From contig NIVC01000363.1 in assembly GCA_002269645.1 (NCBI GenBank), positions 372,001 to 436,000 of the forward strand: a stretch of 64,000 nt of DNA, written 5' to 3'. The notes under the pieces were generated by a model. That model ran no database searches. It worked only from the letters and a program-made list of their open reading frames with translations, and had not been told where the DNA came from. Below, one piece after another: positions 26,419 through 38,285 of the stretch. The DNA comes from Macrostomum lignano (lineage: Eukaryota). Numbering within the stretch: the stretch's first letter is position 1; every line of letters begins with the position of its first letter. The translations under genes were made by a program, and so were the position numbers.

Positions 26419-29400
26419 ATGTCACACTTCCTACAGCCTGGCGATTTGGCGCCACCGTTTCGCAGCCAGGCAGTGAAAAATGGCGAAATCGTATCCGATT
26501 TCACGTTAGAGGACGCGATGCGAGACGCTCAGTACCTGCTGCTGGTCTTTTATCCATCCGACTTGTGAGTTCTTTTGTTTATTTTGAAGGTTGAGGCTTT
26601 TAAATTGATGCATGTAGAGTACACATTAAAGTCGATCGATCTCCTTGGGTTCCATCTCGGTGTCTTGGAAGTCTCCTTGATTTCCATCTCTGTGTCTTGG
26701 AAGTTTCCTTGATTTCCATCTCCGTGTCTTGGAAGTCTCCTTGATTTCCATCTCCGTGTCTTGGAAGTCTCCGTGATTTCCGTTAACGTGTGTTGGAAGT
26801 CTCCTTGAGTTCCATCTCCGTGTCTTGGAAGTCTCCTTGATTTCCATCTCCGTGTGTTGGAAGTCTCCTTGATTTCCATCTCCGTGTCTTGGAAGTCTCC
26901 TTGATTTCCATCTCCGTGTCTTGGAAGTCTCCTTGATTTCCATCTCCGTGTCTTGGAAGTCTCCTTGATTTCCATTAACGTGTGTTGGAAGTCTCCTTGA
27001 TTTCCATCTCCGTGTGTTGGAAGTCTCCTTGATTTCCGTTAACGTGTGTTGGAAGTCTCCTTGATTTCCGTTAACGTGTGTTGGAAGTCTCCTTGATTTC
27101 CATCTCCGTGTGTTGGAAGTCTCCTTGATTTCCATCTCCGTGTCTTGGAAGTCTCCTTGATTTCCATCTCCGTGTCTTGGAAGTCTCCTTGATTTCCATT
27201 AACGTGTGTTGGAAGTCTCCTTGATTTCCGTTAACGTGTGTTGGAAGTCTCCTTGATTTCCGTTAACGTGTGTTGGAAGTCTCCTTGATTTCCGTTAACG
27301 TGTGTTGGAAGTCTCCTTGATTTCCATCTCCGTGTCTTGGAAGTCTCCTTGATTTCCGTTAACGTGTGTTGGAAGTCTCCTTGAGTTCCATCTCCGTGTC
27401 TTGGAAGTCTCCTTGATTTCCATCTCCGTGTGTTGGAAGTCTCCTTGAGTTCCATCTCCGTGTGTTGGAAGTCTCCTTGAGTTCCATCTCCGTGTCTTGG
27501 AAGTCTCTTTGGTATTCCTCTCCGTGTCTCAGAACTTTATTCGATATACCTGCTCATATTTCCCTGCCTTTCATCTCTGCCTCATGGAAGTCCGCATGGC
27601 CTTCACGTGAAGGCCAACTAGTTTTGGGATTAAGTGATTCGACTAGGTTAGTTTTATAAATTTAAATTTTGATACGCCAGTCCGTTCAATCTTAAACCCA
27701 ATTGATTTTAATATTTGCTTTTTTAATTTTGGTCTTACGTGTCATTGATTCCTAGAAATAAAATTGATATTAAGAAAAACCAACTTTTACTGCAGCACAT
27801 TCGTTTGCCCGACCGAAGTGCAACAATTTGCCGACAAATGGACCGAACTAACCGAGCAGTTGAAGTGCAGCACAGTCTGCTGCTCAACTGACTCGGCTTT
27901 CACCCACCTGGCCTGGCTGAAGGCGCCTAAAAGCGAGCGCGGCCTCGGTTGGACTGCCGAACAGGCGGCCGCCGGATTTCCGGTTCTGCTCAGCGACCGG
28001 ACTCACGAGATTGCCGAGGCCTACGGAGTGCTGGCGCCGGATGCTGGGGCCTCGTACAGGTGGGAATGATGAAGTCTATTGTATATTAGGATGCTGGGGC
28101 CTCGTACAGGTGGGAATGATGAAGTCTACTGTTATATTAGGATGCTGGGGCCTCGTACAGGTGGGAATGATGAAGTCTACTGTTATATTAGGATGCTGGG
28201 GCCTCGTACAGGTGGGAATGATGAAGTCTACTGTTATATTAGGATGCTGGGGCCTCGTACAGGTGGGAATGATGAAGTCTACTGTTATATTAGGATGCTG
28301 GGGCCTCGTACAGGTGGGAATGATGAAGTCTACTGTTATATTAGAATGCTGGGGTCTCGTACAGGTGGGAATGATGAAGGCACACACACACAGGGTGTAA
28401 AGTTCCCCCCAAGTCTCCTAGTGTCAGGCATGTAAACTTTTTTGGCCTTCATGAACGACTATTTGGATGGCAAGTCCTTGGTCAATTTGCAGGGAATCGA
28501 ACCCTGGCGTCTGAAGAATGGAGCACGTAGGATTGAGTATTAGTATTTTTGTTTTGAGGCTGGGAATGCAGCGGAAATGTACCATAAGTTGTAGAAAGAA
28601 TGAAAAGAGGGACGCAGAGTGGGTGAGATGGATGAGAAGAATACGTGTTACAGGCCTGCAAGTAGTCAAATAATCGTTCAAATTTCTCCCCTCGTCGCTG
28701 TCCTCCCCAGAGCAACTTTCCTAGTCGGTCCCGATCGCCGGATCTGCCAGGCCAGCATCAGCGACATGCCGGTTGGCCGCTCGGTCGAAGAAGCCGTCCG
28801 CCTACTGACGGAGATGCGCGCCGGCGGCGGAGGGAGCCTCAACGGCGGTAGCGGCGGACCGACTGGCGGCCGGGTCAGTCGGCGCGTTGGCCGGTCAGCG
28901 TCCAGCTGCTCGCGACCGAGACTACCGGACCCGGGGCAGCAGCCGCTGATGCAGCAACGTCAGCAGCCGCAGCAGCCGCAGTTTCGATGTCAATCGCAGC
29001 AGCAGCAGCAGTACCAGCCAGCTGCGGCCATGGATCCCTATCCTGCGGCGTCCATGGCATCTGGGGCTCCGTTCCCCGCTGCTGTACAGTCTGCAGCAGT
29101 TGTTTCTGGCGGCGGCGGCGGCGGCGGGGGAGTCGGGGGCAGCGGGTACCAGTGCGAGCCGCAGTCGTTCAACGTTGGACAGCCGGTCTGCTCAAATCTG
29201 GCCGTTGAGGCAGCCAATTTGGAGAGACAGGTGAGAGGCTCGGTGTTTCTTAGCTGGTCAGTCAAGAATGTCGACTTTTTACACGCGTGTCTAAAGAGTT
29301 CTTTGTTGAATTTCAAAACTACGCTCGTATTAATCGTTATTTTTTGCCGTTTGGACAATGCTCGGTTCGGCATAAGGTCCTTGATTAAGTTTATTAATTT

Positions 29401-31197
29401 AGGTTGTCACAGGCCCGTGAAGTCTGTTATTTAAGGCTGAATACGAAGCAACCAAACAAACAGGCAACAAAGCTACCAAGAAATTAAACAACCAAGCAAC
29501 CAAGCAGCCATCAACCAAGCAATTAGACAGCCAAGCAACCAAGCAGCCATCAACCAAGCAATTAGACAGCCAAGCAACCAAGCAACAAGGCAAAAAGACA
29601 ACCAAGCAACCAAGCAACCAAGCAACCAAGCAACCAAGCAACCAAGCAACCAAGCAACCAAGTAATTAGACAGCCAAGCAACCAAGCAACCAAGCAACCA
29701 AGCAAACAAGCAGCCGAACAACCAAGCAACCAAGCAGCCGAACAATTAGACAGTCAAGCAACCAAGCAACCAAGCAACCAAGCAGCCGAACAACCAAGCA
29801 ACCAAGCAACCAAGCAACCAAGTAATTAGACAGCCAAGCAACCAAGCAACCAAGCAACCAAGTAATTAGACAGCCAAGCAACCAAGCAACCAAGCAGCCG
29901 AACAACCAAGCAACCAAGCAACCAAGTAATTAGACAGCCAAGCAACCAACCAAGCAACCAAGCAGCCGAACAACCAAGCAACCAAGCAGCCGAACAATTA
30001 GACAGCCAAGCAACCAAGCAACCAAGCAGCCGAACAAGCAAGCAACCAAGCAGCCGAACAATTAGACACCCAAGCAACCAAGCAACCAAGCAACCAAGCA
30101 AACAAGCAGCCGAACAACCAAGCAACCAAGCAGCCGAACAATTAGACAGTCAAGCAACCAAGCAACCAAGCAACCAAGCAACCAAGCAGCCGAACAACCA
30201 AGCAACCAAGCAGCCGAACAATTAGACAGCCAAACAACCAAGCAGCCAAGCAACCAAGCAACCAAGCAACCAAGCAGCCAAGCAACCAAGCAACCAAGCA
30301 ACCAAGCAACCAAGCAACCAAGCAGTCGAACAACCAAGCAACTAAGCCATGAATGAAATAAGCTAATAGAAAATTACAAACATACAAAAAACAATCAGAA
30401 TAATTCATCCAATCAATAACAAAACAAAGTGCTTCTATGTACTTTTGGGTGGCTATTCATATGTCTTTTGTATCTTGCTTTTTCTGTTCTTCATATCACA
30501 CTCTTCATATGTCAATACCAGCTCAGCAGCGCATCTCAAAGAGCACGCGCGTCAACCATCATCCATCCCGCAGGCCGCCATGCTGCGGGTGCGCGACAGC
30601 GAAGACCGGCTGGCCTGGATGCTGGCCGAGACAGAGCGGCTCCGGTCTGAAGCCGAGCGCATCAGGGCCGACACGGAGCGCCTAAAAAACGAGGCCAGAC
30701 GTCGCGAGGCCGAAGCAGAACGGGTGATGTCCTGCCACTCCGCCTGCCAGACTGTCAGCAGCAGCAGCGCCGCGCCAGTCAGCGCCGTCAGTGGGTCCGG
30801 CGGAATCGCCGCGATGACGCCTGCCAGAGCTGCAACAGCTGGCGCGGTTGACGACTGCAGCTGGTCAACAACGGGGATGCTTGGCGCTGGAGGAGGCCCC
30901 GGCTACAGTGCCGGAGTGAGCCAGGGTTATCGGCCTCCGCCGCCTCCGCCACCGACTCAGCAGCAGCCGCAACAGCAGCAGGCGATGGCGCAGAGTCAGC
31001 AGCTGTACCACCACTGCCAGCCGACCACAGCTGCTGTTGTATCGCTCGGCGGGATGTGCCAGCAGCAGCAGCCGCAGCAGCTGAGACAGCAGCAGGCCCA
31101 GCTCCAGCAACAACAACAGCAGCAGCAGCAAGCAAAGTCGCATATCTGCCGCAGAAGCAGCAACGTTGTCGCTTCTCACATTGGGCACAAATGCTAA
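26419..31197 (+). CDS. Atypical peroxiredoxin (AhpC/Prx1-type domain) with long Gln/Gly-rich and coiled-coil C-terminal extension, ~517 aa
   Basis: Exons 26419-26564 (GTGAGT), 27796-28059 (GTGGGA), 28711-29230 (GTGAGA), 30574-31197; phases 2/2/0 are consistent. Spliced active site FYPSDFTFVCPTE (PxxxTxxC, Cys53), STDSAFTHLAW, conserved Arg in SYRATF, DMPVGRSVEEAVRL. Inclusion of exon 4 is less certain than exons 1-3. Confidence 0.85.
26640..27510. repeat. 32-nt minisatellite (GTGTCTTGGAAGTCTCCTTGATTTCCATCTCC), ~27 copies, peroxiredoxin intron 1
   Basis: Direct reading. Confidence 0.93.
28039..28378. repeat. 51-nt tandem repeat (7 copies) comprising the peroxiredoxin exon 2 3' end plus its splice donor
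   Basis: Unit GGATGCTGGGGCCTCGTACAG|GTGGGAATGATGAAGTCTACTGTTATATTA; starts at 28039, 28089, 28140, 28191, 28242, 28293, 28344. Confidence 0.95.
29445..30345. repeat. 8-nt (AACCAAGC)n array with recurrent longer variants, peroxiredoxin intron 3
   Basis: Direct reading. Confidence 0.92.
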
Positions 31198-31935
31198 ACA
31201 AAGCGAAAAACAAGCGAAGGTGCGAAAGCGGAACAAAAACAAGTTTTTATCGATTTTTGCACATTTTTTCCAACGAAAAAACTGCGGCTCATTTTAACAA
31301 ACCGACTTTGCCCTGCGTGGTTTTAATTTTTTCCACCAAATCCGGTATACTCTGCACTCAACTCATATAGTTTTACCCTCAAGCCCGTTTAGCTTAAAAT
31401 AGCTTAAAAACACCGCCGGAAAAGAAGGTAACGCCAAAGAAAATAAACCATACTTCTGCGTCAATTTGTCGGCGAATATATTTTTTCTGGAACGAAGTTC
31501 GTCTATTTAATAAATACAATTGTTTAGTTTCTGCTAATTTTTACATATCATGGCGGGGCGGTCTCGGATTTTTGAACCCGAGAGTAATCACGTGACTTCG
31601 GCCTTGGTCCTCGGTTTGCAAAAGCCGGGGTATTCTGGACCAGTGCTCGGCGTGAATTAGGTAGTTTAGTCTTAAAAAATCTTTCAGCCATTAAAGATTT
31701 TGACAAATCAAGCGCACTTGCCTACTATTTTGCTGCTGTTAGTAGGTAAGCGCGCATGATTTGTCAAAATCTTTTAGTTGGTAAGAGTTTTTAAGAGCTT
31801 TGTTGGTAGAGTTGGTAGGGGATGCATGATTAAGCGCGCATGACATAAACGCGCATGACATAAGCGCGCATTTTTTAACTGCTCTCAGTGACACAAGCGC
31901 GCACTGGCACAAGCGCGTATTTAAAATGCATGAAT

Positions 31936-33365
31936 CAGCTGCAGCCAATGCCGGACCATCAGCTGCAGCCAGTACCGGACTATCAGCTGCAGCCAGTGCC
32001 GGACCATCAGCTGCAGCCAGTACCGGACCATCAGCTGCAGCCAGTGCCGGACCATCAGCTGCAGCCAGTGCCGGACCATCAGCTGCAGCCAGTGCCGGAC
32101 CATCAGCTGCAGCCAGTACCGGACCATCAGCTGCAGCCAGTGCCGGACCATCAGCTGCAGCCAGTACCGGACCATCAGCTGCAGCCAGTGCCGGACCATC
32201 AGCTGCAGCCAGTACCGGACCATCAGCTGCAGCCAGTGCCGGACCATCAGCTGCAGCCAGTGCCGGACCATCAGCGGCAGCCAGTGCCGGACCATCAGCT
32301 GCAGCCAGTACCGGACCATCAGCTGCAGCCAGTACCGGACCATCAGCTGCAGCCAGTGCCGGACCATCAGCTGCAGCCAGTACCGGACCATCAGCTGCAG
32401 CCAGTGCCGGACCATCAGCTGCAGCCAGTGCCGGACCATCAGCTGCAGCCAGTACCGGACCATCAGCTGCAGCCAGTACCGGACCATCAGCTGCAGCCAG
32501 TACCGGACTATCAGCTGCAGCCAGTGCCGGACCATCAGCTGCAGCCAGTACCGGACCATCAGCTGCAGCCAGTGCCGGACCATCAGCTGCAGCCAGTGCC
32601 GGACCATCAGCTGCAGCCAGTGCCGGACCATCAGCTGCAGCCAGTACCGGACCATCAGCTGCAGCCAGTGCCGGACCATCAGCTGCAGCCAGTACCGGAC
32701 CATCAGCTGCAGCCAGTGCCGGACCATCAGCTGCAGCCAGTACCGGACCATCAGCTGCAGCCAGTGCCGGACCATCAGCTGCAGCCAGTGCCGGACCATC
32801 AGCGGCAGCCAGTGCCGGACCATCAGCTGCAGCCAGTACCGGACCATCAGCTGCAGCCAGTACCGGACCATCAGCTGCAGCCAGTGCCGGACCATCAGCT
32901 GCAGCCAGTGCCGGACCATCAGCTGCAGCCAGTTCCGGACCATCAGCTGCAGCCAGTACCGGACCATCAGCTGCAGCCAGTGCCGGACCATCAGCTGCAG
33001 CCAGTACCGGACCATCAGCTGCAGCCAGTGCCGGACCATCAGCTGCAGCCAGTGCCGGACCATCAGCTGCAGCCAGTGCCGGACCATCAGCTGCAGCCAG
33101 TACCGGACCATCAGCTGCAGCCAGTGCCGGACCATCAGCTGCAGCCAGTACCGGACCATCAGCTGCAGCCAGTACCGGACCATCAGCTGCAGCCAGTGCC
33201 GGACCATCAGCTGCAGCCAGTGCCGGACCATCAGCTGCAGCCAGTACCGGACCATCAGCTGCAGCCAGTACCGGACCATCAGCTGCAGCCAGTACCGGAC
33301 CATCAGCTGCAGCCAGTACCGGACCATCAGCTGCAGCCAGTGCCGGACCATCAGCTGCAGCCAGT
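31936..33365. repeat. 24-nt GC-rich array (CAGCTGCAGCCAGTGCCGGACCAT), ~59 copies; possibly coding (see findings)
   Basis: Direct reading; open in two plus frames and one minus frame. Confidence 0.95.
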
Positions 33366-33939
33366 GGTAGAACTTTAAAGAGTCAAAGTCAAGTGAAAAC
33401 AACAGAGGCCAACCGATAAAAATCAAATGCTTTGCAAGTAATTCAAATATATAAAAGAGCATTGCGAACTGGATAGAGCTGGTTGCAAGTGTATTGGCTT
33501 TAGTGTGGGTGGCTTTTCAGTCTGATCCAGACAAACAGATTCACAATTGTCTGCAGAAGAGCATTTGGTTGTGTTTAAAAAATAAATAACAAAACTACAG
33601 TGCAGTGCACAAAGCACAAAGGCCTTGTTTATTAGGCAGCTTTTTTCCTAAGCACAAGCACTTACTTGGCTATTAGTTCTCTGAAGCTTAAAAAGCATAT
33701 GAAACTACTTTAAGTATAACAAAGATTGGCGAGATTAAAAATGGAAAATATTGAAAACAGAAAAATCGTTTCTGTAAAGCAAGCTAAAAGTTGTTTTACG
33801 CAATTTTTTTCTGTTAGAACTTGGATTAAAGCAATTGTGATGGTTGCCTACAAAATCATGCACTGCGTCTATTGTGCTTACGGACTTTGAAGGCAACTCA
33901 GGCTGTTTCGTGTTGATTTCAGTGTTTGTGTCACTCTCT

Positions 33940-34395
33940 AAGTCACTGTCTATCACTCTCTAAGTCACTGTCTGTATCTCTAAGTCACTGTCTATCACTC
34001 TCTAAGACACTGTCTGTCACTCTCTAAGACACTGTCTGTATCTCTAAGACACTGTCTGTCACTCTCTAAGTCACTGTCTGTCACTCTCTAAGTCACTGTC
34101 TGTCACTCTCTAAGTCACTGTCTGTCACTCTCTAAGTCACTGTCTGTCACTCTCTAAGACACTGTCTGTCACTCTCTAAGTCACTGTCTGTCACTCTCTA
34201 AGACACTGTCTGTCACTCTCTAAGACACTGTCTGTCACTCTCTAAGACACTGTCTGTCACTCTCTAAGACACTGTCTGTCACTCTCTAAGTCACTGTCTG
34301 TCACTCTCTAAGACATTGTCTGTCACTCTCTAAGACACTGTCTGTCACTCTCTAAGACACTGTCTGTCACTCTCTAAGTCACTGTCTGTCACTCT
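33940..34395. repeat. 22-nt minisatellite (CACTGTCTGTCACTCTCTAAGT/A), ~21 copies
   Basis: Direct reading. Confidence 0.92.
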
Positions 34396-34627
34396 TTTCA
34401 AACTTTAACAGTCTCCCAGTGCAATAAAAGCAATATTCAAAACATATAATGGTAGAATAACGTTGATAAATATACAAATACAGTTTAAACTCGAACCCCC
34501 TACACAAAAAGTTACAGTTAAATAAACGTCCGTGAGCAAAATCTGAAACACACACACAGAGATTTAGATGCCTGTGTTTTTCTTAAATAAAAATCTCTGA
34601 AGCTTTGCTTAATGGGGAGTGGGACTG

Positions 34628-37312
34628 GCTACACCCAAGCTACCAATGGTCACAGATACCCGTGCACCCAAGCTACCAATGGTCACAGATACCCGTGCAC
34701 CCAAGCTACCAATGGTCACAGATACCCGTGCACCCAAGCTACCAATGGTCACAGATACCCGCGCACCCAAGCTACCAATGGTCACAGATACCCGTGCACC
34801 CAAGCTACCAATGGTCACAGATACCCGTGCACCCAAGCTACCAATGGTCACAGATACCCGTGCACCCAAGCTACCAATGGTCACAGATACCCGTGCACCC
34901 AAGCTACCAATGGTCACAGATACCCGTGCACCCAAGCTAGCAATGGTCACAGATACCCGCGCACACAAGCTACCTATGGTCACAGATACCCGTGCACCCA
35001 AGCTAACAATGGTCACAGATACCCGTGCACCCAAGCTAGCAATGGTCACAGATACCCGTGCACACAAGCTACCAATGGTCACAGATACCCGTGCACCCAA
35101 GCTACCAATGGTCACAGATACCCGCGCACCAAAGCTAGCAATGGTCACAGATACCCGTGCACCCAAGCTACCAATGGTCACAGATACCCGCGCACACAAG
35201 CTACCAATGGTCACAGATACCCGTGCACCCAAGCTACCAATGGTCACAGATACCCGTGCACCCAAGCTACCAATGGTCACAGATACCCGTGCACCCAAGC
35301 TACCAATGTTCACAGATACCCGTGCACCCAAGCTACCAATGGTCACAGATACCCGTGCACACAAGCTACCAATGGTCACAGATACCCGTGCACCCAAGCT
35401 ACCAATGGTCACAGATACCCGTGCACCCAAGCTACCAATGGTCACAGATACCCGTGCACCCAAGCTAGCAATGGTCACAGATACCCGTGCACACAAGCTA
35501 CCAATGGTCACAGATACCCGTGCACCCAAGCTACCGATGGTCACAGAACCCGTGCACCCAAACTAGCAATGGTCACAGATACCCGCGCACACAAGCTACC
35601 AATGGTCACAGATACCCGTGCACACAAGCTACCAATGGTCACAGATACCCGTGCACCCAAGCTACCAATGGTCACAGATACCCGCGCACCCAAGCTACCA
35701 ATGGTCACAGATACCCGTGCACCCAAGCTACCAATGGTCACAGATACCCGCGCACCCAAGCTAACAATGGTCACAGATACCCGCGCACCCAAGCTACCAA
35801 TGGTCACAGATACCCGTGCACCCAAGCTACCAATGGTCACAGATACCCGTGCACCCAAGCTACCGATGGTCACAGAACCCGTGCACCCAAACTAGCAATG
35901 GTCACAGATACCCGCGCACCCAAGCTACCAATGGTCACAGATACCCGCGCACCCAAGCTAACAATGGTCACAGATACCCGCGCACCCAAGCTAACAATGG
36001 TCACAGATACCCGTGCACCCAAGCTAACAATGGTCACAGATACCCGCGCACCCAAGCTAACAATGGTCACAGATACCCGTGCACACAAGCTACCAATGGT
36101 CACAGATACCCGTGCACCCAAGCTACCGATGGTCACAGAACCCGTGCACCCAAACTAGCAATGGTCACAGATACCCGCGCACCCAAGCTACCAATGGTCA
36201 CAGATACCCGTGCACCCAAGCTACCAATGGTCACAGATACCCGCGCACCCAAGCTACCAATGTTCACAGATACCCGTGCACCCAAGCTACCAATGGTCAC
36301 AGATACCCGCGCACCCAAGCTACCAATGGTCACAGATACCCGCGCACCCAAGCTACCAATGGTCACAGATACCCGCGCACCCAAGCTACCAATGGTCACA
36401 GATACCCGTGCACCCAAGCTACCAATGGTCACAGATACCCGCGCACCCAAGCTACCAATGTTCACAGATACCCGTGCACCCAAGCTACCAATGGTCACAG
36501 ATACCCGTGCACCCAAGCTACCAATGGTCACAGATACCCGCGCACCCAAGCTAACAATGGTCACAGATACCCGCGCACCCAAGCTACCAATGGTCACAGA
36601 TACCCGCGCACCCAAGCTACCAATGGTCACAGATACCCGCGCACCCAAGCTACCAATGGTCACAGATACCCGCGCACCCAAGCTACCAATGGTCACAGAT
36701 ACCCGTGCACCCAAGCTAACAATGGTCACAGATACCCGCGCACCCAAGCTACCAATGGTCACAGATACCCGCGCACCCAAGCTAACAATGGTCACAGATA
36801 CCCGCGCACCCAAGCTACCAATGGTCACAGATACCCGTGCACCCAAGCTACCAATGGTCACAGATACCCGCGCACCCAAGCTACCAATGGTCACAGATAC
36901 CCGTGCACACAAGCTACCAATGGTCACAGATACCCGTGCACACAAGCTACCAATGGTCACAGATACCCGTGCACCCAAGCTACCAATGGTCACAGATACC
37001 CGTGCACACAAGCTACCAATGGTCACAGATACCCGTGCACACAAGCTACCAATGGTCACAGATACCCGTGCACCCAAGCTACCAATGGTCACAGATACCC
37101 GTGCACCCAAGCTACCAATGGTCACAGATACCCGCGCACCCAAGCTACCAATGGTCACAGATACCCGCGCACCCAAGCTACCAATGGTCACAGAACCCGT
37201 GCACCCAAGCTACCAATGGTCACAGATACCCGCGCACCCAAGCTACCAATGGTCACAGATACCCGCGCACCCAAGCTACCAATGGTCACAGATACCCGCG
37301 CACACAAGCTAC
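34628..37312. repeat. 33-nt minisatellite (CACCCAAGCTACCAATGGTCACAGATACCCGTG), ~80 copies, abutting the neverland stop codon
   Basis: Direct reading; a 1-nt-deleted variant unit recurs near 35530, 35860, 36125 and 37180, shifting the ORF frames. Confidence 0.95.
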
Positions 37313-37765
37313 CAGTCCTTCGAGTCGCGCAGCGATTCAATAGTCGGAGAATTCTCCGAATAGAACTGCGAGTACCAGCGCCTGTGCTGCACCATCAGCG
37401 AGTCCTCGGTGGACTTGGCCAGCACCGGCTTGTCTTTGAACTCTTTGTTGTTCCAGATCATGATGTCGCGCTCGAATTGGAAAGCCTCGCCATTCAGGTA
37501 GACTGTGGCCACGATGTTGGGCACCCAACGTTGCATGTAGATGCTGTGGTGGACTCGGAGCAGCAGCGGCTCCACCGGGGTCACGCAGTGCAGGAATACG
37601 CCTTTGCCGAATAGGCTGTCGAACTCCAGGTACACCACGGCGGGACCGAGCTGCGGGAATCGTTCGGAATTAGTTAGTCAATCAATCAATCAATCAATAA
37701 ATAAATCAATCAATCAGTCAATCAATTAATCAATCAATCAATCAATCAGACAATCAATCAATCAG

Positions 37766-37840
<75 letters not shown>

Positions 37841-37857
37841 GAAAATCAATCAATCAG

Positions 37858-37896
<39 letters not shown>

Positions 37897-37943
37897 GTCA
37901 ATCAATCAACCAACCAATCAATCAATCAATCAATTAATCAATT

Positions 37944-38013
<70 letters not shown>

Positions 38014-38015
38014 CT

Positions 38016-38048
<33 letters not shown>

Positions 38049-38174
38049 GTGAATCAATTAATCAATCAATTAATCAATCAATCAATAAATTAACCAATCA
38101 GACAATCAATCATCAATCAATCAATCTATCTATCTATCAATCCTATCAATCAATCCAATCAATCAACCAATCAA

Positions 38175-38205
<31 letters not shown>

Positions 38206-38250
38206 GTTAATCAATCAGTCAATCAATTAATCAATCAATCCTATCAATGA

Positions 38251-38285
<35 letters not shown>

